A stretch of 64,000 nt of DNA from the human T2T-CHM13v2.0 reference genome, Homo sapiens, in NCBI RefSeq assembly GCF_009914755.1, contig NC_060941.1. One strand, given 5' to 3'. Position 1 is the stretch's first letter; each line of letters starts with the position of its first letter. The notes under the pieces are model-generated. The model was not told the origin of the DNA, did no database searches, and saw only the letters and a list, made by a program, of their open reading frames with translations. Positions 14,115 through 28,699 of the stretch are shown piece by piece. Position numbers and translations under genes: made by a program.

Positions 14115-15242
14115 TAAACAATAAAGTTTCTAGAAGAATACATAGGAATGTATCGTCAGGAAACTGGAGTAAGCAAAGGCTTCGTTAGCAGGACACTAGG
14201 GGAAACAATTAATTGGACTTCTTTAAAATTAAAAACTTCTGTTCACCTAAAGATATCACAAAAGAGTGAAAATGTAATTCATGAGTTGGGAGAAGATATA
14301 TACATCCAGGCAAAATTATTGAATTTAGAATATACTGTATCCAAAATATACTCATACGGTATCCAGAAATACTTTAAAACTTAATAGGGAAAAGACGAAG
14401 TCTTTTGTTCATTTATGGGCAAGAGACTTGATAGATCCTTGATAAAGGAGAATATCCAAATGGGCAGTAAGCATATATAAACTTGCTCAACACTACTCAA
14501 ATTTAAACCCCAATGAAATGCCACTACCACCACCAGAATGGCTAAAATTAATACAATGGATAATAGCAAGTATTGGCAGGAATGTGGTGCAACTGGAATT
14601 CTCATATACTGCTGGTGGTAATATAAATTAGTATAGCCACTTTGAAAATGTGTTTGGCCTTATCTTCTACAGTTGATAAAAACTACAAATTTCATCTACT
14701 CTATGACAATAATTTCACTCCTAGGTATAGATGCAAAAAATATTAGTGCGCATGTCTACTAAAACACATGTACAAGAATGTTTACATCAGCTTTATTTAT
14801 CATAGCCAAAGACTGAACAACCCATATGTCTACTGACACCAGAACAGAGAAACACATTTTTGTACATTCATACAATGGCCTACAAATTACACATTAAAAG
14901 AATCAACAATTCCTACCTTGAACAACATAGGTGAGTCTCAGGTTGTAGAGTGAAAGAAGCCAGACACAAAGAGTACATTCTGCATGATGTTATTTATATG
15001 AAGTTTTAAAACAGGCAAAACAAGTTCATAGTTATAAAGGTCAGAATATTTTTTTCCTCTATTGGGTGAGGGCGAAGGGTGTTGGTAATTGACTGGGAAG
15101 GGATGGGGGTGAACCTATGGAGTGATGAAAATGTTCCATATTTTGATTGGTGTGATAGTTATGTAGTATATACATGTGTAAAATTAATTCATCTGTACAA
15201 TTAAGATTTGTGCATTTTATATGTTAATCTCAATTTAAAAAG
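14115..15242 (+). mobile_element. Ancient L1M (MD/ME-type) ORF2 end and 3' UTR
   Basis: aaaattaaaaacttctgttca; aatggctaaaatta; caactggaattctcatatactgctggtgg; gtgaaagaagccagacacaaagagtaca. Confidence 0.85.
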
Positions 15243-16439
15243 CAAGTAATCAACCAAACAGCACTCTGTCATGGCAAATGGAAATATATTTGTAACTATA
15301 CCAGTTTCCTGAATAAGAATTTATATGATCTATCCATTTTATATTAATAATTAAGGTCCAAGGAAAACATTTGTCTCTCCTGACACTCTGGTAAGATTCC
15401 CTTTATCAGATAATAAAACCATATATCCTGTCCTGTCTCACCTGTGTCAGGAAGCACACACGAATTCAATACTAAATTAATCATTTTAGCCTGGGTTTTG
15501 GTATATTTACTTTCATTCTCTCTTTCTGCTCCTCACTCCCCAAACTCCAGCCTCACTTCCCTTCTGATGAAAATGTTTTACGTATGCCGTTCAGTACCTC
15601 AAAACCATGTTGGATGTAGGTAAGGATATAACATGACGTGCTAAATGAACAAGGTGCTTAGCGCAGAAATTGAAAGGTGGTATAAAAGGAGAGTAATATT
15701 TGGTGTCAGAAAACTTTAGCTTGAGTCTAGATGTCCTTTTATTACCTGTGAAATCTTGGTTTCAATTTGTTGAACCTTTGCCCCCTCACCTCTAAAAACC
15801 AGGCTAGTCCTATTTACTTCCCAGGTATTGTGAATATCTCTTGGGATAATGCATGTGGGGAAAGCACCATGAGCTAGAAAGCATGGGTACTAAGGTTCAC
15901 CTGGCTGCCAATATAGGGGTACATAGGCTGACATAAAGAAAGCAGCAGGCCTGAGTGTCCACTACAGCTTGATTATCTCATTGCTCTCCATCTGTTGCTT
16001 TTTCTCTGACCCACATTTCCTTTCTGGAACTTAGTGGGTGTTCTCACTAATGAACACACACCTTCTACTGTCAGGAAGAAGGAGTCTCAACAAGAAGCCT
16101 GTGAGAGTGTCTTAAAAGGCTTGGCTGGATAATGACCAAGGAACTTGAACCACTGGTCTATCTTGTTTTCCCCATCTTTAGAGAAAAAGTTCCTGGACAC
16201 TCTGGTACATCCGATTACAGAAGAAAGAGATAAGAATTGGCTCTGAGGACAGAGCGAACAATCTTTTATCCCCCATCCTATCAACGGCTATGACAATTGG
16301 TATCCTTCAGTTTTTAAGAATTACTACATATCAGATTCCAAGAAGCTCAGGCAATAACATAATAGACACCAATGTCTCAAATATCCTTCTGGAAGAGCCA
16401 TTGATATTTTGCTAAATGTACTAAGATTTATTTCTTGAA

Positions 16440-17170
16440 AAAAATAATTACAGATAGGGTTGAAGTTCTACTATGTATGCTTTCTCTTTCTCTCCCCTCC
16501 CTTGAGGCATCTCATTTCTGAGGTTGGTCAAAGCCATTTGCAAATATGCTTTTGGTTTTCTATCCAAAGTCTTCACATAATATGCTATGAGGTATCATTA
16601 AAGTTATAGAAAATGCATCTAGCCCTATCTATCCTTTGTAACTTGCTTTTTTCATTTATCATAATGCAGATACAATTCATTCATTTTAACTGCAATGATA
16701 CAATTCATTCATTTTAACTGCAATGTATAAATGATCATGGATTTGTCCATTTGCTTACAAATAAATAGCTGGATCCACCCCACTTCTGCCATTTTTAGCT
16801 ATTTTAAATTATGCTGCAATGAATATCCTTGTGTAGATCTCATTGTTTATGAACTAGGATATCCCATTTTTAAAAAATCTAGAATGGATGCTGAGAAGCA
16901 GGATTGCTTAATTGTAGAGTATGCCTATCTTGGAACAAATTAGATCTCTCTAAAGTGGTTATAACAATTTAAAACACATCTTTTGGCCACAGTTGGTATA
17001 ATCACATTTTTAAATGTGTGTCAATAGATGGGTTTGTAATGGTATGCTACTGCAATTTTAATTTCCCCTGAATCCCAGTGAGGCTGAACAAATTTTTCAT
17101 ACATTTATGGCTGTTGGAATTTACCTATAAACAGTCTTGTTTATATATTTTGTACATCAAATGGTTTATT
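16440..17170 (-). mobile_element. Ancient L1M fragment
   Basis: aacttgcttttttcattta; ttcattttaactgc; atgctgcaatgaatatccttg; ttttaatttcccctga...gtgaggctgaaca. Confidence 0.6.
16669..16724. repeat. Perfect 28-bp tandem duplication
   Basis: gatacaattcattcattttaactgcaat x2. Confidence 0.95.
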
Positions 17171-18019
17171 AGACTGTTTGAATAATTCTGGTTCCAGAAC
17201 ATTTTACTTCTCCCAGAAAAGCTCAACCAATTTCTCTTGCACTTCTAATTTTCAGAAGTTTTTTAAAATTGAACCCAAATCTGTATTGTTGATATTTCTA
17301 TCCAGTACACTGGTTTTGCACTCTGGGTTGACACGGAATAAGTCTGACCTTTCTTTCATATCACTGCCTTACATATCCATTTGTTCATTGACTTATTCAT
17401 TCATTCATTCACATACTTACTCATTTATTCATTTCAGCAAACACAAATTAAGCACTCACCAAAGTCAGGAATAAAACCTGGGTCAAGTCATCAAGGAGAC
17501 ACAGTTTGATAGAGGAGACAGACATCAAATTAACTAATGATACAACATGGTAAGCCCAGTAATAGTGGTATGCACAAGAAACAAAGGTAGGACAGAATGA
17601 GGATGACTTTAACAGATATTCACCCTCTCACCACACCATTTATTAAAATAGACATTTCTATAAAACTTGCCTGCAATAAGTATCCACTGTCATAGTCCTC
17701 TTGTGTATCTTTCCCCCGTCACCTGGCCACTCTTCCAGCGGAGGCCCCCCAATATTTCTATATCAACTAAGGGGGTGGCAGGGTGTGGGAGATACACCAG
17801 GACCTTATGCCTGTGCTGCAGCTGGCCTGTTTTGATGGGTTGGTGCCCAGAACTGCTGTTACATATTTGACTGTCATATTTGGAAGGAGCTACTTTCACT
17901 TGTGTCCTGGTTACAGGTATTCTCACTGTCCCAATCACTCTCTGTCACATCTATCTTTATCCTTCATACATGATAGTGCTCAGAACAATACATAGGTTCA
18001 TGGAAAAATAGTCTAAGCA

Positions 18020-18186
18020 CAGTGTTTATCAAACCTCAGTGTGTGCATGAAACATCTACATTTTTTGAAAAAATTGTGGATATGACTCAGAAGGCCTGGG
18101 CTGGGGCCTGAGATTCTGTATTTCTAACAACTTGCCTGGTGATGCCAATGCTGCTAGTCTGAGGACCATATTTTGAGTAGCAAGGG
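18020..18186. mobile_element. MER5A (hAT-Charlie)
   Basis: cagtgtttatcaaacc...ggggcctgagattctgtatttctaacaa..ggtgatgccaatgctgct.gtctgaggacca..tttgagtagcaagg. Confidence 0.8.
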
Positions 18187-18619
18187 TATTTGCAGCTTAA
18201 AATGTAGTTGAACCAACACCAACATAATTCTGACCCAACAATAACGACCCAGCCCAGTGTCAAATCAGTTATCTGACAACAGTGTCACACTACAGACATG
18301 TACTGACCTAAGTCCTGTACTGACCTAAGTCCTCTAAGTCTTTTTAGGAAGAGCAAAAAAGTCAATACTACTTCATCTTCTATTTATGGAGATATGTTTT
18401 TGTATACACGTATCTCTTTGCAGCTACACTAGTTTGGAGGCTAGTGACGTCGGGAGGGGCCTGTGATACCTACCTGTTCCTCTACCGGGCCAGTCCATAG
18501 AGAAGGTATACCTAGCATGCATCCAACAATGCACCTGAGCTTCTTTAGCTGTACAAGGGCCCATTGCTATATTAAAGAAATCCTCCAGGGAGCTAAGGCT
18601 CTAAGACACATCTTTACAA

Positions 18620-20110
18620 TGTTTCATTCATTCCTTCAACAAATAGTGCGTGAGCATTCGTACCTGGTGGTCATTGCTTTAGGTACTGAGACAAAGTGCT
18701 TCCTCTCATGGAATTTATATTCTGCTGGGGTCAGATGTGCTCCAAAAATACATGAATAAATAAACAAGAAGAATTTCATATGGTGGTGTTATGCTGAAAA
18801 TAATAGCAAGAGGTGAGGGTGGCAGGGTGGCTCCTATGGACTGGGCAGTCAGAATGATGTCATTTAAGCTCAGACCTGCATTATTAGCAGGAAGACGCCA
18901 TGTATAGATAATAAGAAAAAAAAGGGTCACAGGCAGGAAAATAGATGGTACTAGAATTTGAAGCAGGAAAGAGCTTAATATGCTCACAGACTGGGAAGGT
19001 CAGTAAACTGCCTGGAGCATAATGAATGGGGGTTGGGATAGAACACACTGACATTGAAAAGGTAGAAAGGGGTTAGATCCTGCTGACCTACATAAGTCAG
19101 GGTCAGGAGTATAGATTTTATTCTAAGTGTGATATGTAGCCTTAGTGATCATTGAGGTTTTTGGATTTTAGAGGTAGACTCTGTAAGGCTCCAGATAGAA
19201 TTACTGGGTAGCTACTTTTTCTGTTTGTTTTTGGCATCAGCAGTCAGTTGGCTGTTGGGGTCACTTACTTGGTTGGGGAAAGTTGTTGTATGGGTGATGT
19301 TTGAGGAGAGAACACAAGAGTTTCATTGGATCATGGTAAGTTTCAGATGGCTGCCAGTCATCCACATGTTGGTGGCAAGCTGACTGTTGGAAATAAGAGT
19401 CCTGAAGACTCAATGTGCTGTCGGGCAAGAGCAAAAGACCTGGCATATTCAGCAGATGGTTCTTAAGGCATATCCATAGGGAATGTCATACTAACAGATT
19501 GATCAGAGGAGGAAAGACCAGCAAAGGAATTTGAGAAGTGGCCAGTTAAGTCAGAGGAAGACTGAAGATATGGAGTCTTGTGAACTCAAAGAAGTGTTTC
19601 AAGGAGGCAGGGCCTGACTATATGTGATGCTACTGTAAGGTCATGGTAGACAAGAACAAGGGAAAACCCTCTAGATTTGGCAATACATAGATCAGTGGTG
19701 ACCTTGATGATAGTGGCCCTAGTGGAGTGGTGGGGAGGAAAGTCTGATCAGATAGGTTAAGAATGTCAGAAAGGACGTAAAAATAATGATTGTAGATAAT
19801 AAGCTCAAGATTTTATGTGAACGGAGTGAAGAGAGTGGTAGTTGGAAGGAAATAAGAGATCAATTTTTTAATAGGAGAACCAAGAGCGTATTTGTATAAT
19901 AATGGAAATGGACTAGTTGAAAGGGATAATGTGATGATTCAGGAATAAAGGAAGATATAATTGCAGAAGCAAAGACCTTGAGAAGGTGAAAAGGACCGGG
20001 ATCCAGACCAAAGCATTAGGATTGATTTCTGATAGGCACAGAGATATCATCTTCATAGAAACAGTACTGAAAGAGACAGGATAGAGATACAGATAGTTTA
20101 TTTGGGCAGT
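18620..20110 (-). mobile_element. Long L2 fragment
   Basis: ttcattcattccttcaacaaata...tcctctcatggaatttatattct...ctagatttggcaatacatagatcagtggtgaccttga...gtggagtggtggggaggaaagtctga. Confidence 0.75.
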
Positions 20111-22122
20111 GAAAAGGTATAGGAGTTTCTGTCTGCCTCAATTTTCTTCTATATTTGAGAAAAAAACATAACCCATTCTCAAGGGCAACAGGACTCTCAA
20201 AAAAAACAGACAAGCCAACACCTAGTGGGACCCCACAAACTACAAGTGAAAACAAAAACAAAAGCAAAACTCTACATGAAAGTGGGCAAGAAAGAGGTAA
20301 GCAACTTCTGAACAGAGAAATGGGGAGAGGAAATGTGATATCCTCAACAGCATAAAAATGTCTTAAAATTACGGAACTACGTCTTATCCTGTCTCAGTTC
20401 TCCCACACCATTTCTGACACTTAAAATGGTGCCATTGACAGCCTTCTCCCCATATCTGGTCTCTCATGCTGGTATGCTGAAACTCTCACTCCTCCTCCAA
20501 GGAACATCTCAAATATATCACCCCCATCAAGCCTTTCCTGATATCCATCAGTATCACCCACCATCGATCTTGCCCTACTTTGATTTCTCACAGTTTTATT
20601 ACATGCTTAGTAAGGTCTTTCTTGTACTGTATTATAGCTTTGGTAGGCTTTTTGGAGGAAATAATGATATCTTCATTGTCTATGATGCCTTCTAAATATT
20701 TTTCGCTACTCTGACTTACAGTCCAGATATTAGCTAATCCTTTGCCCAGATAAGGCTTACTCTTTTTTGGTTCTAAGTCAATGTAGTTGCAAAATTCAGA
20801 CCTTCACATATTCCCCCAAGAATTCTAGTCTCGACAACCCTGAGAATAATGTAAGCTGATGCCACCATTCCCTGCTGGCAGGATTTTTTTGGGTACATGT
20901 TGATGGCCTCCAGTAATGAGATGCAAGTGAGAGCTAAGTCCCCTTCTCCCAACCCAGCCACTAGGTGAGATGCTGCAATGAAAACATGTATCTGACTAAT
21001 TTCTGCAACACATACATCCTTTTATTCATGAGCATGTACACAATTTTTTTTCTCATATGAGATGGCGAAGCACCATCTCTGTTAAGACACTTTCAAAAGG
21101 ACCCTTGTATGAAAAGATTACTTGAGGCAAATGTGACATCATGTCAGCAGCAGAATTCAGCCAGTATTCCAGTTAAAATCAGCCAAACAAATTCTCTGTT
21201 AAGTGGCAGGTCATAAGAATTATTAAATGGATCCCTAAGCGAGGGCCACCACTAGAAAGGAGCATACAGCTTTTGGACTTGCTAGATCCTCATACCTTAT
21301 TTATTCAAGGGCAGCTGTTCCTGTGTGATGCTTTTGACCAATCCACATGTCTTGAAGACCATCCATTTCACCAATAAAAAATTATAATATTTCTTATGTT
21401 AACCAACAAAGTCTCTAGGTAGAGATTTAGGTAAGGAGAGTTGATCACTTGTCTTGGCTGCCATTGAACGGTTGACTACTAATAAGTTTCTCTTCAGTGC
21501 TACCCTCTGGGGTGTGTATTCTTCTCAAGGGCACTTCAAATGTTAGCTATTCCTAGGGTATAGATAAAATCAACTTAAACATATATAGCATAGGGTTTAA
21601 ATAGAAATATTCAAAGGTAAATAATGAACACCTAAATTAATAAATTTCTCCCTCCCTTTTTTCTTTCCTTCCATTTTTTTTCTCTTTCTCTTCTGTTCAC
21701 TTTTTCCTTGGTCTTCCATACTGAAGAGTGATTGAGTCATTGTAAAGGATATTTTGGAGTGCATATTGTTTCCACTAAAATTTAAAATCCACAGACATTG
21801 TTGCTCTCCAAAGTCCCTCCTTAGCCACCCTGACACCAGCAGCTCTGCTTTCCTGAATCCTGTCCCCTCCACTTGTGGAATTTCAAATTACTTTCCCATG
21901 TATTCTAACTCCCTATAACACTCTCTCAGCTTTTAACTTGCCAACCTAAACACCAAGATTCTCAGGAAAACAGAGACTCCTCCAGAGAATTCTGGCCGGC
22001 CTCCTTAGAAGGCTGTTTGTGGAACATCTTTGTTTACTCAAACATGTCCTTGAGGTCTCTACCTTTTCTCATCTCCTTAGTAAACAACTTTGCTGAGCGA
22101 TTATTTCAAGCAAATGCAATGT

Positions 22123-22539
22123 TGTTAAAATAAACTAAAATGGAGACCAGGCATGAAAAATTCTAGAGAAGACAGAGATAGGCCTTGAAAGTGACCTTAA
22201 ACTTGTTTGAATCGCAACCACAAGTGGAACTTAACTTGAGCTATTTCTTATAAATGCCAACATTAAGAAACATGGAACTTTAACTGAACCAATCAAAAGC
22301 TGCCATCTAACACAGAGTTATGTAACTAGAAGCTTTCCAGTAGGACAGACAAAACGAGGCAACTACATAACCCAAACCAATCAGATATCTTCCTTGCCTT
22401 GCTTCTGTGTTCACTATAAAAGCCTCCCTCTTGGGCTTCTTCAGTGGAACCCTGAACCACTTGCTGCCTGATTCATGAGTCACTGTTTGCCCGAATAAAC
22501 TCTATACAATTTTATTGTGCCTCAGTTTATCTTTTAACA
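22123..22539 (+). mobile_element. ERV1 (MER57/MER95-like, MER4 group) solo LTR
   Basis: Termini tgttaaaa...ttttaaca; two CCAAT boxes, TATAAAA at 22415, AATAAA at 22494; gctgcctgattcatga motif typical of the group. Confidence 0.8.
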
Positions 22540-23946
22540 GTATTCTTCTCAAGAATGTAAATAAAATTTTCCTCAACCTCATTACTAAGAATGATGTTTC
22601 ATTCTTAGTGTTTAAACCTTACAAAAGGTCCAAAATTCATGTCATCCCACATATATTCTTATGTACCCTTCACCCTCTACGGAAGTCACTTACTGTTGAC
22701 ATGCATATACATCCTCAAGGGCTTTCATGTATTAGATTTTTTTTTTCCTGCTATGTGCACGCACTTCTCACTTCTTTTTGTTGTCCTTGGGTTTACACTT
22801 TTAGAATTGTCTCAGCCTAAGGTAATCATGAGAATAACCTGGAGATTTTGAAACTACAAAGAACGTCACTAGATCTTTTGAATCAGAGTCTGAGGGTTAT
22901 ACCCAGCACCTGTGTTTTGTAAAACCATCTTCCCTGGTAATTTTTGTACACAGCCCTAAGTAAGACTTCTCCACTATTTAGCGCAGGAGGATAGCGTTAT
23001 TGTTTTCTTTCTTTGGGAACCACCTGTGGTTAGATAATTAAGGCTTTTCAGTGACCACAAGCTCTGGCACTTGCTCCAGGATCAACTCCCTGCCAGTCAC
23101 TCTCCCAGTCGTCCACAGCACAATCCACAGTGACTTCTAAGGCCAGAGAGGCAAGTTTGCACTTGTTCACACATCATTTTTATACCATTGCTTGTCACCT
23201 GAATCTCATTCTTGCTCCCCCACAGGGAGCTGGTCAATCTTGCTGAAGAGTGAGTCTGGGTAAGCTCCCTCCTAATCAGAGCAACTCAGTAGTCTGTGCC
23301 TGTGCCCGAGACTGCTGACCCTTAAATTAGGGAAACTCAACATTTGCTAGCTTCCCTACTGGATTAGGTGGCCATGACTGTTTGATGCTGCAGCTAGGAT
23401 GAACTAGGGTGATTTTGGCATTGACGTTTGTCTTTAGTCACAAAGCTGGGAACTACTGTTGGTGATTCATATACACAAAATGAAGGGTGCAGTTCATCGC
23501 ATTTCTTCTTCCAAGGCTCTCATTTGTTTCAAGTTCATAGCCCAAGTTTCTCCTTACCGCAAGAGGCAGTCCCCCCAGCACTTGGGTGGTTAGGTGGATG
23601 ACATGACTTCACACTGGCATGGGCGCTGCCTCACACCTTAGATGTTTCCACATGGGCAGACTGATATAGTGAAGCAAGCTCGGGCTTTGGAGCCAGACTG
23701 ATCTAGGTTCAAACCCCAGCTCTGCAGAACCTAAAGTTCTGTGGCCTTGGGCCAATGACCATACTTTACTGAGATTCCATTTGCGATCCATAAAATGAGG
23801 ATAATTAAAAAATTAATAATACCTGCCTCACAAGTCTAATGGACTTAAGATAATATAAGGACATCTGTTAGGCAATCAGCACCTGCTCCTTCCTCCTTTG
23901 GCTCCCATACAAAGGAGGGTGGGGTCCCTCATCACACCTCCTGCCT

Positions 23947-24260
23947 TTTTTTTTTTTTTCTTCTCTGAGACAGTGTCTGGTTCTGGCTCTGTCACCTAGG
24001 CTGAAGTGCAGTGGCACAATCTCTGCTCACTGCAACCTTGGCCTCCCGGGTTCAAGCCAACCCTCCTACCTCAGCCTCCCGAGTAGCTAGCTGGGACTAC
24101 AGGTATGCGTCACCATGCCCAGCTAATTCTTGCATTTATTTGTGGAGACTGGCTTTCGTCATGTTGCCCAGGCTGGTCTTGAATTCCTGAGCTCAAGCAA
24201 CCCGCCTGCCTCAGCTTCCCAAAATGCTGGCATTATAGGTTTGAGCCACTGTGCCTGGCC
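23947..24260 (-). mobile_element. AluJ
   Basis: Diverged reverse Alu with J-type 'cctgagctcaagcaacccgcc'. Confidence 0.9.
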
Positions 24261-24429
24261 CTCCTGCCTTGTTCTTAGCTGTCTTTCTCAAACGAGGGCA
24301 CAAACAACAATAACTACTGGGAGAACTTTGTCAAAGCATCCATTCTCCCACCCCTAGATCCAACCCTCTTTGAAATCTCCAACCTTACCTCCTTCTCCTC
24401 CTCTCTTGGTGCCTTCCTGGAATGTTTCC

Positions 24430-24566
24430 CAGGTGCTGGACTCCACGGCACAACAAGTGAAGCACTGAGGGTACTGACTTAAAGAGGCATTCACCCTCTC
24501 CCAAGTCCTAAGCACTGACTCCTTGAATTGTGGGCCCTGGGTGCCTCTCGCTAGTCTTGGCCCTGC
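24430..24566. mobile_element. MER96-like palindromic hAT MITE
   Basis: caagtgaagcactgagggt...ttaaagaggcattcac / tgactccttgaattg..ccctgggtgcctc..ctagtcttggccctg. Confidence 0.6.
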
Positions 24567-25007
24567 TAGGGCTTTCCGTCGATTCATCATTTGCTGCACG
24601 GATGACAACCATTTCTTTTCTCCCAGTAGGTTAGATAAAGCTTAGATTAATTAACAGTAGAGCTTAGGCAACTTTTCTTGCTGGAGTACTTACAAAAAAA
24701 TAAGGGGTTCCTGAGAGCCACCCAGACTGATGAAAGATCAGCCTAGCTGCACTTTAGACTCACCTGAAGTCTAGACGCTCAGCTTCCAGGGATTCTGGTT
24801 CCATTAGGCTGGGGTAGGGCAACATGGGTAATTTTAAAAAGCTTCTCAGGTGATTTGTAAGATGATTAGGGTCCAATCACTGGCCCGGGCTCAGGGAATC
24901 TGTATTCAAGCTCCCAGATGATTCCTACATGCATTAAAGCTTCAAAACCCACTGGCTTCCTATTAAACTCTCCAGCTCTGAAATCAGACCCAGGTTCAAA
25001 TCCTCAT

Positions 25008-25298
<291 letters not shown>

Positions 25299-25931
25299 TC
25301 AAATCCTTATTCTTGCACTCACTACCATATTACTTTGAGCAAGGTTCTTACCCGCTTCTTCACCTACAAAATGACAATAATAACAGTACCTTCCACAGAA
25401 GTGTTCATGGGGATTAAGTAAGATGGAAATAAGTTAGCATACTGTATGACATACAGCAAGTCCCACTAAGTGATACCTTATTAACATGCTAAAGCATTTA
25501 TTGAGCCCTTCCTTATTGTGGATTAGCATTTTATGTGTGTGTGTATATGAGACATAGTGACTCATCTCCAGGCCTGTGACTTTGGGCTACTTAACACCTT
25601 TGTGCATCAGGAGATTATAAACAGCATAAAAGAAGTAAGTCATGAGGATTCAATGAAATATTGCATGAAAAGTGTTTAGTAGAGCCCTAGTACATAGTAA
25701 ATGCTCAGTAAATGCCAGCTGTTATAATTGCACATAATAGTCAATTTTCAATAAAAGTTGATAATTCTGGAGTATTCTTAATACATTTCCTGTCCAAGAA
25801 AATACCCAGCTTGGCTCCTAAGTAAAGCCAAAGATCTTTCTTGTGCTTATTTCTTAGATTTTGCTATAGGGGCTGGCCCGCATCACGGGTTTAAGGAAAG
25901 TTTTCTAAATGCACAAACGAATGGATTACTA

Positions 25932-25941
25932 GGGAATTTCC
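25932..25941 (+). promoter_or_regulatory. NF-kB consensus site
   Basis: GGGAATTTCC in non-repeat sequence. Confidence 0.35.
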
Positions 25942-26586
25942 ACTTGCCTTCACCCTCCACACTGATTTTGCCTGTGACTCAAGATCGTGAAAGTCTTCCT
26001 GACCACGGGGCCATTCATTCCGTTTCCAAATGCTGCAACCCGCCCATGGCTCTAATCAAGAGCAGAACTGATTTATGCTGGAAGTGGAGTGAGCCAGGGA
26101 GGTGGAATCCTCCACCGCTGATTTGTTTATTGCTGAGTCCTTGAAAATTGAATAGGGAGGAAAAGGGAGGTGTGAGAAATGAGTTAAGAGCTACTCCCCA
26201 TCACATTTGATAAGAGGTTCTTTCACTCTGGAAGAGTATAGCTTTTCGTTGTTGTTAATATGAAAATGCTATAAGTGCTACAAAAACACATGTCAAGTTC
26301 CATGCCTGTCTTCCACCTGATGGCCACCAAGAGCCCTGACAATGATGGAATAGCAAGCTGCCTGGATTTCTAGGGCTTAATTAAGGAACTGTAACAGGCT
26401 ATGCTACAACTCTGTAATACTCCTTGGTAAATGACTACAGTAGATAAAGAAAAATTGGTTTCCTCCATTTAGCAGATATTGATTACAGGGTTTGTTTTAA
26501 AACATTTAGACTAACTTGGTTCTTTGTTTTATTTATTCACTTCCATGCATTAATTGAAAGCCCACGGCTCAGATTGTATTAACTTG

Positions 26587-26604
26587 ATCGCCCTCTACTG
26601 GCCA
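26587..26604 (-). promoter_or_regulatory. CTCF binding motif
   Basis: Minus strand TGGCCAGTAGAGGGCGAT matches the core CCASYAGRKGGCR; CpG retained. Confidence 0.65.
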
Positions 26605-27909
26605 CATGCTGGAGTACATGCCTGTTTTTGACCTACCCTACAAAAACTACAGCTATTTTTAGAAACTATTGGCCTTTTCAAGTCAAACATACTTTTTCAA
26701 GGTCAATTATGAGTACGGTGGGGAGACTCCTGTATATAAAACCCCAAATTGTCTATTCTGTTTTTGAATATTCTGCTTCCTGAAAGATCTTTCGATTCCA
26801 TATATTTGATAATTTAAGAAGAACCATGACCAGGAGCCAGAAGATCTGAGTTCACATGGGCCTACCCTCTCATCTGTGAAAGGAGAAGGTTGAGGTAGGA
26901 CAGGCACAAGGCCCCTTTTTAATCTCTCAAGCTGGGGCGGTAGGGACTGCACCCCATGTTAGAAGCCAGGTGCCCTGCGATCGAGTCCTAATTTGAGATT
27001 TAGTTCTGATTCCCTTTTACTCTTGCTATAAAGTGAATAAGGAGGGTATGAAATCTCCAGGGTTCCTTTGAATTCCAATATGTTAGGACTCAATTCATAC
27101 TAACCTCGAGCACATATAAGTGACAGGGAGGAATTTTCGGAAAGATAATTCCTCTTAAAACCCCTTTAAAAGGTTATTTTTTCTTTTTTCCTATGACAAT
27201 TTTCTAGAAAACATAGGATTTATTCCTCACAAAGCTCCCCATACTTGTAGCTGAAACTATTGTCTCCACATGAACAGTTTGAATAAACTGTAACATTTTT
27301 ATTATCTAGAACATAGGAGAGAAAAAAATCCAACACCAGATTCTAGATGGAGATTTATTGCAGATTCTTATAATTTGGGGGGGAAAATAAAATGATGAGG
27401 CCCTTCAAGTCCAAGGGAGAAAAGCTGGCTCTGAGTCCCTAAGCAGAAACATTTTTTAAAAGCTGCTCTACTTCCCTCCACAAAGCAGATCTGCAATGTG
27501 ATCGGCAACCTTTTGCTTCCATCATTTTGGTGGATTACCCAGTCCCTAGTCACAGTTCAAAGAAGACATTTGCTCAGGTAGGGTGAGCACAGTGTAATCC
27601 TCCATCCTTGCAACAAACATTAAGAGCATTTAAGAAAGTCAGAGCAAGGCAATGCTGGAAGAACTTCTTTTCTACTATGAGAAAAAGCAGAAAATGCCAC
27701 ATACAACAATGTAAAATTGATTGACTTAGCAATAATCTGGCCTAGGGAAAATTTACCATGTTTCAAGAAAGGAATTTGTTTTTAAAAATAAAACGTCCTT
27801 GCATTTAATTAGCCACGCACTTATTCTATTATAAGAATAAGCCAGGCACTATTCTATCAGGCACTTTGAAATGAATAATTGTATTTGCTTTTTAAAAATC
27901 AATATTAGG

Positions 27910-27978
27910 TGTATATATATATTTTTAATATATTTTTATATATATATTTTATATATATATATATATATAATATGTATA
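27910..27978. repeat. (TA)n-rich microsatellite
   Basis: Interrupted TA run. Confidence 0.85.
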
Positions 27979-28660
<682 letters not shown>

Positions 28661-28699
28661 AAGTACAAACTTTTTTTTAAAAAAAGTGAAAAACACAGG

